DNA of 63,050 nucleotides, filler included, from Parasitella parasitica NRRL 2501 (GCA_025201805.1; 11 parts of 11 records of this genome joined end to end with filler, not necessarily neighbours in it), one strand, 5' to 3'; positions 51,161 to 63,050 are shown, counted from the first letter of the whole stretch. Translations and numbers: made by a program. The notes: generated by a model not told the origin, from the letters alone.

Positions 51161-53562
51161 TATGATGGGCTATCCGAATCGTACCATTGGAACTGTAGAC
51201 GGCGAGCAAGGCGAAACAAGTCAACGCGTACACGCGACCGGTCACCAGCCAGAGGAAAAGCAATCGATTTGTGGTAGTTCACTCTAGCATTGGACGCTCG
51301 TCCATAACATGAAATGTGATCCTGAATGGCCTGCATTTCATCGCTGTCATTGACCAAAACTAACAAGTCATCGGCATACGCCAGCAATTTGACGGGAGGA
51401 GAGGCCACCAAGTGCAGTGAAGAGGCTTTGACCGCCTTGGTATTGACAGAATATCCCTTGATCTTCTCGTCGTTCAAAATAGCCAGCAGGAGAGGCTCCA
51501 AAGCGAAGTTGAACAGTACCGGAGAAATCGAATCCCCCTGGCGAAGCCCGCGCTTTTGAGCCACTGGTTCAGTCATAAACCCATTGACATTGATCACAAT
51601 CTTGGTCTTGAAGAACAGATTACGGATACTTGTAATGAATGTAGATGGGAAGCCAAACCTCTGCAGAACTCTACTGATGTAGTGTTCATTCACGTAATCA
51701 TATGCCTTAGCACTGTCGATGGCCACTCCAACAGCACGATTGGAATGCATCTGAGCATCTTGCATAAGAATCCGCAAAGCCAGGCCATGATCACCTATGA
51801 ACCTTGTCGGCATGAAACCAGCTTGGTAACGAGTGATGACCTTGTATGCCGCGTCTATGACTCTCGAATTCAAGATGCGGGTGAACACCTTGCAGTCAGT
51901 GTTGATCAAGGAAATAGGGCGCCAGTTGGCTAGATTCCACAAATCGCCTTTCTTCGGGAGAAGAACAATACAGGTCTCCTGCCAAGATGGTGGGAACACG
52001 CCTCGTTGCAGAGCATCATTATAAACTTTCATAGCTAGGTCCTTGCATGCCGGGTGCGCTAAAATCAGGCGAAGGATAGGATAAGGGAGCCCGTCCTTAC
52101 CCGGACTACTGACCTTGGGGCAGCGGTTGGCAGATTGTAGAATATCCTCCATGTCAATTGCGGCGATGATGTATTCAGCATCATCAACGGATATCGTGGT
52201 CTGGATGCCTTTCAGCAACTTATCCATTGAGTATCGATGGGTCGGTTCTGGTGAATACAACACATTGTAATAGTCGTGCACTGCTTCCAGCTTATCCGCA
52301 GTGGACGAACAAGGTACACTGGTGGTCGGGTGTGTGATTGTGTCCATCGTGCGTTGTGCCAAACGACGCTCAGCTGTCTTCTGAAGGAAGCCTACCGAGT
52401 TCTCGTTGTGGTCTAGCCACCTGCGACCAGCCTTCAGCGTGGCATTGAGGGCCATCTCATGCTCCAAATGTGCAATGGGCTGCTCAATTGCGGGAAGTTG
52501 CTGCTGTAATGCCTCCTGGTCGCCTTTCAGTCTCCTTATCAGCTGGTTTCGCGAGCTCTGAAGTTGCTTCAGGCGCTCTCTCCTCCAGGTAGTACGGTTG
52601 CTGCAATAGGCCTTGGTCAGTTTGCGTACATATCCCTTCAAGCGATCCCACTTGATCTGGCTACTATCAGTGGAGTCGGCTAATATGTGCTGCATAAAGT
52701 GACTGATACCAGCGTTGATCTTCTTCACGTATGACTTGTAATGGACCAGGTTGGGGTTTGCACGCCAGAGCCCTTTACCGGTGTTGGTGAGATGGAGGCG
52801 CATTTTGATGGTCAGTAGTGCGTGATCGGTCCATGTCGACGCAAGGTATTCGATATCATTGTCAAAATATGAATCCTTCAACTGACGGCCTACCATGATG
52901 TAGTCGAGTGTCTTGATAGCCTTGCCCCTTCGAAAAGTGGGAAGTGTCTCAAAGAGCAAATCACTGTAGTTGTTGTTGCAATCATGGAGGAAGGTCTCGG
53001 TAAAGGCAACGAATGCGGACGGTCGTTTACGGGGTTCATTGTCGGGAAGACGAAGATCGTACTGGAAGTTGAAATCACCAGCCAAGATCAAACGTTCCAA
53101 AATGTCCCCATAAGAATCGAGAGACTTGATATAGTCCATAAGTTTGTTGTAAAAGCCTGTTCTACTCTGTGGTGAGTCTGCAGGCGCATAGAGATTGAGC
53201 ACATAGAGTGGCAACAAGTTTGGTTCTTCAGGTAATGTAAACTTTGCAAATATAATTCTATCATCATCAGATATGTGGATCTTCTCCATATGAAGGTTTC
53301 GATTGAAGTTGAGGAGACCACACCTTGATGTCCAAATACTTTGAAAGGATTGAAATTTCAGGTCGAGCATTGCAATCCGATCGTTAAAATTGAGAGAGGG
53401 TATAGAGGTTTCTTGGCAAGCAAAAACATCTAAATCTTGCCCCTTTAAATGTCGAATAAAGGAATCAGCTAATTGGGGATTGTTGACTTTGAGTAAATGT
53501 CGACAATTAAGTGATCCAAATTTGATATTTAAAGATTTACTATAATTATTATGATTACTCAT
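51161..53562 (-). CDS. L1-clade LINE ORF2 (APE endonuclease plus reverse transcriptase), open until the gap
   Basis: APE motifs SLNCR, CQET, NLYAP, GDFN, LDYI, TDH. RT motifs WRPISLINTDCK, DSAKAYD, GLRQGDSISP, LAYADD. Confidence 0.95.
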
Positions 53563-53567
53563 AATAA

Positions 53568-53929
53568 TTATTGACGTGAGGAGGTTTTGGTAGCAACCTT
53601 CTTCTTTGAAGGGGTACCACCGGGACGAGAACGAATAGTAGTCTTGTCCTTGTCATTCAGCATTTGCTTGGCCTTGGCCTTTCGACGCCTGAGCCTCTCT
53701 TGACGCTTCATTGCCTGGACCACATCCGCCAGAGGCTTCGAGCTGGCGGCTGCCTCCTTCTCAGCTTCAACCATATCCAAATCAATGTCTTCATCCTCGA
53801 AGTCATCTCCTTCCTCGTCCGAACCAAACATATCCTCATCCGAGATAACCAGAGACTCGGACTGACCTGAATCTTGAGTTTGCTGCTGCATTGGAGTGCC
53901 CTCAGGTGCAGACTCAATTGGTTGTTCGA
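53568..53929 (-). CDS. LINE ORF1 C-terminal fragment
   Basis: Acidic then basic tail ending with TAA 5 nt before the ORF2 ATG; typical bicistronic L1 layout. Confidence 0.75.
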
Positions 53930-54030
53930 NNNNNNNNNNNNNNNNNNNNNNNNNNNNNNNNNNNNNNNNNNNNTTAATTAATTAANNNNNNNNNNNNNNN
54001 NNNNNNNNNNNNNNNNNNNNNNNNNNNNNA

Positions 54031-55034
54031 TCGGTTTCTATTTTTCGTCCTGTAATGCATTACCTTTCGCACATATTCTGGATCATTCGGCGCCAAGAAC
54101 CACTTGTTGTATACTCTACAAGATCACAGGAAAGGTAAGACAATAGCAGCTTTTTATAAAGTAAATTACCTTCAACTGATGTGTGTAATTGAGGATACAT
54201 AGATCCATTGGTAGATTCAGCGATTTGATTACTGGCAAAGTTCAAACCCACAAGCAGGCTTCAAATTTGATTGAAACTGCGGCAATCCGAAACTTTGTCA
54301 AAAGGACTTTTGACACGAATAGTCATTTGCAAGGTATTTGCCCTCCACCATACTCCTCCGCCAGTTTCTTAGATCATCCCAATCCATCTAATCATTTGTG
54401 GGAACCATTCGAAAACCACGATTTCCAAAATGCTGCTCTGGATGAAGCCTTTGAAAACGTTACGATTCGAAAGATCAAAAAAGCGCTGGACAAATTTTAT
54501 CGTCGTTTGTTTTCTGATGCTGATTTGGCAGCTCCAGGTGCTCTGGTCTTTGTTATTGCGTTGCGAGCTTGGGTGGATACGATCGAAATTCCTTGTGAAC
54601 GCTACAGAAAAAAAATTGAAGAGTTTAGAAGAGGAAATCATCAGGTCATGTTCAGAAGCTACCATAGACACAGCATAAATGGCCGATCCATTCCTCACTG
54701 GTTTGTTGGTACAATACTTTTTTTTTTCGAGCATACCTTTCAAGGCGAGAGATACTTTTCGGCGTTTGTCGAAGTGATGAAAAGGCATACAGTTGCAAGC
54801 CACGACAAATCCATTCTAATGGTCTACATGAACCAAAGTCGATTGCAACAGTTAGCCATAGGGAACGAACGAGTGATCGACTCCAAATATGCTGTTACCA
54901 AAATTGATGATATTTTGCTGCAAGTTGGACTTGCTCAATCTCTGGATGACGAGCTGAAATTTAGTGTGATAGGAAACTATCATGTTTTTGAACAAGATAT
55001 GTTTGTAAATGCTGGCAATATCGTAAATCTTTAG
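54031..55034 (+). mobile_element. CACTA/EnSpm (Tnp2-like) transposase C-terminal fragment
   Basis: HYLSHIFWII...PLVVYSTRSQERSIG (compare the H.L.H...GP...ER..G motif) joined over intron 54135-54202. Downstream WFVGTILFFFEH...AFVEVM beta domain. Confidence 0.6.
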
Positions 55035-55583
55035 TGTAGAACGAGGAATAAAACTGCTTTTCCTCTTTTTTTACGATAATAAAACTGTTGGTGTTGTTCT
55101 ACTTGTGATTTTTGTGAACGTCCCAATTCCAAATCTCTTTTGATATAAATTGCAAGTGCTATCAAGACACCTTAAAATAAGAAACTAGTGGAACTTTATA
55201 AAGGTAGTAGCATTACATATGTGTAGAAAAAATTTAGCGTAGAGAAAAAAGGAAACAGAGATCAATCTCACGCGAACATGATGTTTTGTATATAGTGATG
55301 CTTGATGTATTGCCTGAAACCCAGCTAGACTAACAGGTACAATAAGAGTGTAAATGAGAATGATAGTTCACTGTATAAAAATTAGGCCGTGCTAACACAG
55401 GTAAGCAAATTAAAATGGGCACTATAGCTACCGTGTAAATTGTCCACTTTAGTCCAGGTTAAACTATATTCGCACAAAAAAAANNNNNNNNNNNNNNNNN
55501 NNNNNNNNNNNNNNNNNNNNNNNNNNNTTAATTAATTAANNNNNNNNNNNNNNNNNNNNNNNNNNNNNNNNNNNNNNNNNNNN

Positions 55584-55785
55584 GATGCTCTCATGAGCAA
55601 CACGAAAGGTTCATAAGAGCGCAGCGTTGGATGTTCTCATGGCACCCTCGACACTCTCATATGAGCGGATGTTCTCATGAGAGCATCGATGCTCTGAATT
55701 ACCGTTTCATTGAGCGCATCTTAAAAACAGGCTCATATGAGACCATCGGATGCTCTCACCTAGAACATCCATAGGGCCATAGTGG
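55584..55785 (+). mobile_element. Right end of a CCACTATGGCC-family element with GATGYTCTCA subterminal array
   Basis: Repeated GATGCTCTCA/GATGTTCTCA units; terminus GGCCATAGTGG at 55775-55785. Confidence 0.6.
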
Positions 55786-56024
55786 TATGTAGCCTTTATA
55801 TGGATACAACAACACTATAGTCTTTCCACCTTTATTTTCGATTCAAAGAAAAACTGAAGAAAACATACATGATCTTTAAGAGAGCTTGTATTTATACTAC
55901 TTGTAAAATCGCCTCACTACAATGAGAATGCTTATTTTACAGCTTATTTGAAGAATGACTTTTGCTGACATTCTCTCACTTGTATTGTAGTTGAGATTTC
56001 GATATGTTGGTATTGAAATTGATA

Positions 56025-56418
56025 CAGTAGCCGCTCAATTTAAGGCTGTTCGATATAAGGCTACAATTTTTTTGAATTTTTTTTTAAGCAGGGAGTTAGC
56101 CTTATTAGCCTTATTCGATATAAGGCTGAAAATTTTCGAAATTTTAGCCTTATTTTACAGTAAATTGACGGTATTTAAATTTGTGTTGTGTTGGAAAATG
56201 AGCATTATGCTACAGATTTCGTACTTTTGCTCGATAGTGAGACGCTCTCTTGATTGTTGATTAATGCTCATAGTATAATTGTTTGTCAAAATATGCTTTT
56301 TTAAGAATAAAGAAGTAAATGGATTTGATTGGACATGTGTCAAATTAATCTAATAGCTGTAGTACCGTATCAACTATGCATGTGACTGTTTTAAGAGTAA
56401 TAGTCACATGCACGATAC
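56025..56418 (-). mobile_element. pogo/Tigger-like MITE copy 2, inserted at a TA in repeat family B
   Basis: TA|CAGTAGCCGCTC at 56023; near-identical inverse of 343-753. Confidence 0.7.
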
Positions 56419-56634
56419 AGGATTTCGCATTCAAAAAGATGAAAATCAGAAGTTTTTGGTGAAAGTCAACTTTGAAAAAGAAGAAAGTCTAAACTAAAAA
56501 TGATGATGGTGATGTAAAACGTTGCTAATTGATTAGTAAAGTACAGCATAAATAAAGAGTTTGTTGCCAAGTACCGGTAATAGTCGCCTGCATTTTTTCT
56601 TTCCTCATTTACGATACGTACTACCGCTATTCAA

Positions 56635-56805
56635 ATGTCTTCTAATAATGATAACTCTGCTACTTCTTCCTCAAAAAAGAAAAGAACAAGAAGAAACAAT
56701 CGTATTAGCGACCATGTAAAGAAGCTTATCATCGAAAAGCATCTTAATGAAGACTTTTCGATTGCTAAAATTGCAAAACTCTTCAATTTGTCTTGGTCTA
56801 CAGTT
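56635..56805 (+). mobile_element. Tc1/IS630-type transposase N-terminal HTH fragment (runs into a gap)
   Basis: ISDHVKKLIIEKHLNEDFSIAKIAKLFNLSWSTV helix-turn-helix pattern. Confidence 0.55.
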
Positions 56806-56905
56806 NNNNNNNNNNNNNNNNNNNNNNNNNNNNNNNNNNNNNNNNNNNNTTAATTAATTAANNNNNNNNNNNNNNNNNNNNNNNNNNNNNNNNNNNNNNN
56901 NNNNN

Positions 56906-57680
56906 ACAGAGAACAAAGTTTCAAAAAGATTTTAATAATCACTCAAGCCAAAGTGTCATAATAGCTTTTGGAGAAACAAGCAGACAAATTTTAACGTAAA
57001 AAGACAAAATTGGCCCAAGCTTGTCAAATTTGAGCTTGAATACAACATGTTTATTACCAGTAGGTGTACCAAAGCGTGCTTTATTCCTTTACTTAGGAAC
57101 TTGAACACGAGTTAATTGCAAAATTTTGTACTTGTTATAGGACCATATGCTGTAAAATTTGGAAAATCTGCAAAATTTGGTTTTTGGCGATATCTTGACA
57201 GCAAAGATAGATATCGAGAATCGGAAGTCGTAGTGAGGTACAGTTATCATACCAGTATTTGGATGTATACTTGGCTTGGACGCCAAATCCGTACCTAAAA
57301 ATGATCCTGAAGGTTGGCCCAAAGTTGAAAACTGAAAATCGAATATGAGGTTTGGGCTCCAAACATAGCAAAATCTGAAAAATGGCCATACGTACATAAA
57401 ACTCGGATATGTTGTAAAATGCTGCAAAAAAAGAAGATTTTGGCTGAAGTATGTGTCTCTGTCGCTTAATAGTTTGTAAAGATTTCAGAGATTGTAGATT
57501 ATGCTTTTAAGCGGGGGAAAAAGGTGATGGTCATGATGAGGCGGCAATTATTTTAACCAAAACATAAAGCTACATAAAAATAGCTTTTCAAGTCATATTT
57601 TACAGCATCTTGGCTACTGATGTGTATTATAAGACATAACTATATTGTTTATGAAGTTCATGCTGTGCTCCTCAATTGAA
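56906..57680 (-). repeat. Repeat family A copy 4 (inverted)
   Basis: Reverse complement of 32567-33150, plus a flank shared with 34150-34330 and (inverted) about 18520-18650. Confidence 0.8.
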
Positions 57681-57913
57681 ATAGGTGCTTCACTGCTAGC
57701 AAAGGCTTACTGTAATAAAATTGGAATCAATTTTATGTCAAAATAAAAAAATGTAAAAAAATAAAGTCAGGGAAATACAATTATAGTCTTTCCGTCTTTA
57801 TATTTGATTAAAAGAAAACTGAAGAAAAGATACATGCTCTTTAAGAGAGCTTGTATTTATAGTACTTGTAAAATTGCCTCACTGTTGTGCCAGTGTCAAA
57901 GGGCGCAGCGTAA

Positions 57914-58414
57914 TGTTATGTAAATATGCTTTGTATAAAGTAATTGTTTAGGATGTAAAGGCTGAGCAAGGTGGGTTGTTGAGTTGATGTTGTGCCTGAG
58001 ATCCAACTTGGGTATTCTCACTCAATTATGCAAAAGTATTATACCATGGATACACTCATTAGAGATCCTTTATACCACAAGGCGATTATACTCTTTCTCA
58101 AGACCACTATCCTTCCTGTCTCCTTCTGGTAATAACTGGTTTACGATTACTTGTACTAGCAGCACATGGCTAGTAATTGGTTCTATCTGGTGCAAGTTTA
58201 TTAAGCCTCGATTCCACAAGCATGCAACCGATGTCAGCACTCGAAAAGTATAAATAGTCTAGGCAAATGTTGTGTAGAGAAGAATCATCTTATTTTTATA
58301 TACGAATAAATATATTCAGTTTAAATTGTATATCTCTTTCGTATATTAAATCAGTAATAAAGACTTTTCTGAATAAAACCAGATACAAAACTGAAGACTT
58401 TTATTGACATAAGA
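57914..58414 (+). mobile_element. Possible solo LTR
   Basis: TGTTATG...CATAAGA imperfect inverted ends, TATAAATA at about 58249, AATAAA downstream. No TSD found. Confidence 0.3.
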
Positions 58415-59120
58415 TATGATCTCTATTTATACTAAAATATATCCCAATCAATGTTTATCCACATAACATCTGATGTTTAACAAGAAGTGTCAAACCTTAT
58501 TAAATCACAGCATTATTTCCAGGACAGACCTATCTCTCTAATTTACATTAAAGAGAAGATTGGGTAGAATGTCTTCCCGACATCCCGCGATCTGATCTAG
58601 ATGTATTCTTTGAATAAGCCTGGAACCTTGCAAGAGGTCCAATTACAACTTGTAGCTTATTTCTTATTTGTAAAAGAATTACCAACAGTTAAATATCATG
58701 ATCCGTGCATTATGACTAAGTTAGATATGACATATGTAGCTTTTATATGGATACAACAATTAGCATGTGCCAGGGTTGTAGGAGATTGTACTTTGATCAG
58801 GAGTCCAAGCTTCTACCAACACTTGTTACTGTTTACTCGTTGTGCTTTTCATGTATTTCTTTCTTGGATGGAGTAGCCATGATCCATCTGGATTTTNNNN
58901 NNNNNNNNNNNNNNNNNNNNNNNNNNNNNNNNNNNNNNNNTTAATTAATTAANNNNNNNNNNNNNNNNNNNNNNNNNNNNNNNNNNNNNNNNNNNNTGCA
59001 GTTTGACTTTTTTATTAGCGCAGTTTGAGAAATCACAAGTGCGCAATTTGACCAAATAAATATGCGCTGTTTGAAAATTAAAGATGCGCAAGGAATTTTT
59101 TTTGGACGCAATTTGAAGCC

Positions 59121-59535
59121 GAGAGCACTGTAAATTTTGTCCATTTCGAAAAAATAAATGGCGATTTCAGAAAAATAAATGTCAGTTATCAAAAAATAAA
59201 TGGCGCCAGCTGAAAAATAATTGGCTGTTTGTCATGAAATGGTTGTCGCTTTCGAAAAATTTACTTTGTCTTTTAGAAAAATTCAATTTTTCGGTTTCTT
59301 TATCAGATTGTCATTTACGTACAATTGAATGTTTATTGAAGAAAGGGGCTACTTGGAATTTTTTTTTATCATAGCAACCGACGATTCAACGTTTAAAGTG
59401 CCTAAAAAGGCCATAAAGATCACTAAGGCGACAATTCTTTGCGGCAGATTCTCTTGTACAAGAGCCCAAAACTGCACAATCGGGTTCAACTCTGGCGAAT
59501 AAGGGGGAAAATACGTCCCTCTGTACCCTCTGTTA
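59121..59535 (-). mobile_element. Tc1/IS630 transposase 3' remnant with terminal repeat region
   Basis: Minus strand NRGYRGTYFPPYSPELNPIVQFWALV (PPYSP.LNPIE motif). AAAAATAAATGG subterminal repeats at 59150-59225. Confidence 0.7.
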
Positions 59536-61892
59536 TAATCTCACAATAATAAAATGCAAGGTAGCTGCTATTAAAACTCTGTCAAGTTTATTTAAAAAAA
59601 ATTAGAGGTAAACCGTGTGCTTTTGAATAATGAGCCACCAGCAGAATATTAAAAATCTTTAGTACACTCTTAAGTTCTTGTGTCTTCTCTTCACTACTCT
59701 CTCTCTCGTCATAACTTTTATATGAATAAGCCAATAATTTATTTTAAAGTAAAAGCAGCTGTGGTTCAGTATTCTGAAGAATCAAAGTACATTAAATTTG
59801 ATCCGAATATTAAATAGCAATTAAGAAAGTTATACAAGGACCACTTTAGAAAGAGTTTATTCAAAGCAGTGCCTTAGTTCAGTCATTTGTAGCAATACAG
59901 GCTATGAACGTTTTACTTTGGATAGGAAAATAGCAAGCACAAGTGAGCTTATTGAAAAGCAATAGTGTGGTGCATCTAATAAAGTGATGAATAACAAATC
60001 TTACTCTGTAATAGTTCAATTTGAATTCATCAACAAAAACTCTTGTCATATGAATCACAGAGGAAAACATACATATCGAATTTATAAAAAGAAACAATAG
60101 GAAAGAGCGAAAAGTAATTCTTGTCTAATTTTGGCTGAAAGTGGTGTGAAAGTAATCATAGCCTGAAAGCTATAGTGATTGGCACCTCATGTGTGTATAT
60201 TTTTGAGGAAATAAATTACTTCATTTACAGAAACAGCTACTAATCAGTATCAAATATATGAATTATCTTTTATGAATTATGCCCTTTTGTTGTTTCTGTG
60301 TTAATTGAGGAAAGTCTTTAAAATATAAAACTTAAGTAATGTAAAAGAAAACGGAGGAGCTGAAAATAAAGACATTCGTGTTTTTTATAAACAGTAACTT
60401 GTTTTGATCTTCAAAGCAGCACAAAGGGACAAAAATGATGCACGCTTTGATTAGATTTTTTAGTTCTTTTTGAAGATGATTCACATTTTATTTAATGATG
60501 CCTTTTCTTTTATGATTTTTCTGGTTCGGTTGTAATACAATAGATGGAATGGTTATATATTTATATATTTTTCTAGTAAATCGCGCGTTTTTATACAACG
60601 TTTTACTTGATTTTATTTTATTCAAATATATTTTGGATTTATAGATAATCCCAAGTAGCCGGAGCTAATCACATGATATTTGGAAGTGGTTATGTATCAG
60701 CCTTCTTCAAGAAGAACGTTGTTCATAATAATATTTTTGAGTAGTACTTTGATAAAAAAAAGGAAGACCGGGACTCAGTGCACATATGAAAGTGGCTATA
60801 GTACTTAGTGTTCTCGCATATGGCTGTCCTGCCGACTCTTTTGACGAGTATTTCAGGAAAGGGAAATCATAACTAAAGATACGGAAATGCTCTTTGAGAG
60901 AGACAAAACAAATATTTCTGAAATACGCTTGGATCAATTGACTGCATGCATTGGAAGCAAAAAACTATCCTAAATTTCGTTTTGTGTCATTAATTTGTGG
61001 AGTGTGTTATTTTATTGAAAAAGAGTGTAATTCATAACGACTTGGCCTATCCGTCATCGATCAGAGTTCAATCTATTAAAGTTTTTCGTTCGCGTAGTAG
61101 CTAAACCAACAAGTACAACGAGATTTAACAGGGAATACTTTTCAGGAAACTATTTTTTTTTATTTCAAAGTCGAAGGGTATATGGAGATGGAGTGTATAT
61201 TTTTTTTCTCCAAAAAATATTATTAAGATTAGCTTCAAAGAGTCAAGCTGTCAAAAAAGCACATAACAGTAACTTAAAATAGGCTCAATTCGTGTTAAAA
61301 TAGCTGTGTTTAGCCAACCAGTTTTGTAAGAGCAATTAGGGTGTAGGTCCAACAGTCAACCTGTCAAAAGAGACAGCGATCAATGTCTAGCGATGTTTGG
61401 CAGCACGGTACATCAACCCAATAACTGCTACTGACTGCAGGGCACACCGGNNNNNNNNNNNNNNNNNNNNNNNNNNNNNNNNNNNNNNNNNNNNTTAATT
61501 AATTAANNNNNNNNNNNNNNNNNNNNNNNNNNNNNNNNNNNNNNNNNNNNTGCATTTTTGTTTCTGGCGATAATTTTGAATAATATGTGATAAATCAATC
61601 ACTTTTTTTAGTTTCTGTGATTATTTTGAATGTTTGGTGATAAATCCATCACTTTTTTTTTTTTCAGTGATGATTTTCAATTTTCAGTGATAAATCAATG
61701 TCTGATGGCAATTTTTCAAATAAAAAGTTGCGAGAAAAAAACTAAAAGGGAGTTTCAATTAATGGTTACGATACTTGAGTGATTAACTTTCACATTTTGT
61801 GTGTAAAATCTAATCACTGGTGCTTATTTTGGACACCTAGTCGCTAAAGCATCACCAGTAGTTAGGATTTTATCACACAAGTTGGCCATGGT

Positions 61893-63001
61893 GAATACCA
61901 GATTCTCCTTGGACATCTATCTCAGTAGATTTCATCACGCACCTACCTCCGTCAAACACATATACAGCAATATGTGTCTTTGTTGACCGCTTTTCAAAAA
62001 TGGCCCTCTTTGTACCTACTTTCGATGAAGTCGATGCAGAAGGCACTGTGAAACTCTTCGTCACTCATGTATTTAGTCAATTCGGTTTGCCAAATGATAT
62101 AGTCTCTGATAGAGGCGCCGTATTCACTTCCAAGTTTACTCAAGCCATACTCAAGAAACTCAATGTCAAACAAAAGTTATCCACAGCTTTTCATCCACAG
62201 ACTGACGGACAGACCGAACGCGTCAACTCAATCCTAGAACAGTATTTACGATGTTTTATAAACTACCAACAATCAGATTGGGACGAATACTTGCCCATTG
62301 CACAGTTCGCTTACAACAACTCAAAGCATTCATCCACAGAATTCACGCCATTTTATGCAGTTTATGGTTATCATCCACGTTTATCAGTATCCTTGCCTCT
62401 AACCACGAAAAACCAAAGTTTGGCCGACAAAAGGATCGAAAACATCCACCGGCTTCATGAAGAATTACGTTTTAACATAGCTACTGCTCAGGAAAAACAT
62501 GCAGAGTTTTACAATAGAAATGTTTCCTCAGGACCCACGTTTAGAATAGGAGATTATGTCTGGCTCTCTTCAAGAAATATCAAAACCCAAAGACCAACCA
62601 AGAAACTAGATCACAAACGATTAGGTCCTTTCAAGATTATTGCAGGAATTGGATCGAGATCCTTCAAGTTAGAACTCCCACATACCATGCGTATTCACCC
62701 CGTATTTCATGTTAATTTGTTAGAACCATTCAAACAAGATCAGATCACAGAACGTCAAGTCAAGCAACCACCACCAGTCATTGTTGATAACCAAGAAGAA
62801 TACGAAGTAGAAAAAATCATAGACTCTCGAATGCATTGCAACCAGATACAATATTTAGTTCATTGGAAAGATTACAACATCATGGATCGTAGTTGGGAAC
62901 CTGTCAAGAACCTTACCCATTGTCAAGACCTTATCAAGAAATTTCATGCTAAACATCCACAACGTCCACGTCCTACTGGTCTTCACAGAGCTCGACCTTA
63001 A
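61893..63001 (+). mobile_element. Ty3/Gypsy chromovirus pol 3' part: integrase plus chromodomain (5' truncated)
   Basis: PWTSISVDFI, VDRFSKM, IVSDRG, FHPQTDGQTERVN, GPF motif, IHPVFHV, EYEVEKIID...YLVHWKDY...WEP. Confidence 0.95.
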
Positions 63002-63050
63002 AAAGGGAGGTCATGTCATGAACTACGCCTGTCAAAATATATCAAGAATT
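63001..63050 (+). mobile_element. Polypurine tract and start of the 3' LTR
   Basis: AAAAGGGAGG at 63001-63010, then TGTCATG from 63014. Confidence 0.85.

Noticed and set aside
30201-61550. Ten identical N-flanked TTAATTAATTAA palindromes (about 30245, 38584, 40336, 41546, 51105, 53974, 55528, 56850, 58941, 61495)
   Set aside because: Artificial six-frame-stop contig spacers inside about 100-bp gaps, not biological. Order and orientation across them are uncertain.

Overview
Eukaryotic, intron-rich fungal genomic DNA. Gene content, short GT-AG introns and TE families point to Mucorales/Mucoromycota (inference). The left part (about 2-26 kb) is a housekeeping block: a two-domain GT-A glycosyltransferase-like gene, VAC7-like, dihydropteridine reductase, a very large DUF3712/Tag1-like gene, Nup159/214, ASF1, RPL26 and cystathionine gamma-lyase. 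The right part (about 26.5-63 kb) is dominated by nested, mostly decayed transposons and broken by ten artificial N-TTAATTAATTAA-N contig spacers. It holds an island of two genes (Skg3/Caf120-like PH protein, R3HCC1-like RRM protein) and an intronless tRNA-Phe(GAA). The main highlight is a decayed Fanzor1 gene (eukaryotic TnpB-like RNA-guided nuclease, 48017-49990, minus strand). It sits inside a TA|CAGTG...CACTG|TA unit whose 5' end shares a 19-bp identical stretch with the end of a Tc1/IS630 transposase remnant at about 59.1-59.5 kb. Other notable items: a LINE-like 5' end placed head-to-head just upstream of the tRNA, two L1-clade LINEs, a roughly 1.47-kb-period non-coding repeat family, pogo-derived MITEs, a CACTA-type transposase fragment and a chromovirus 3' end. 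All assignments are by eye from motifs; no searches were run.
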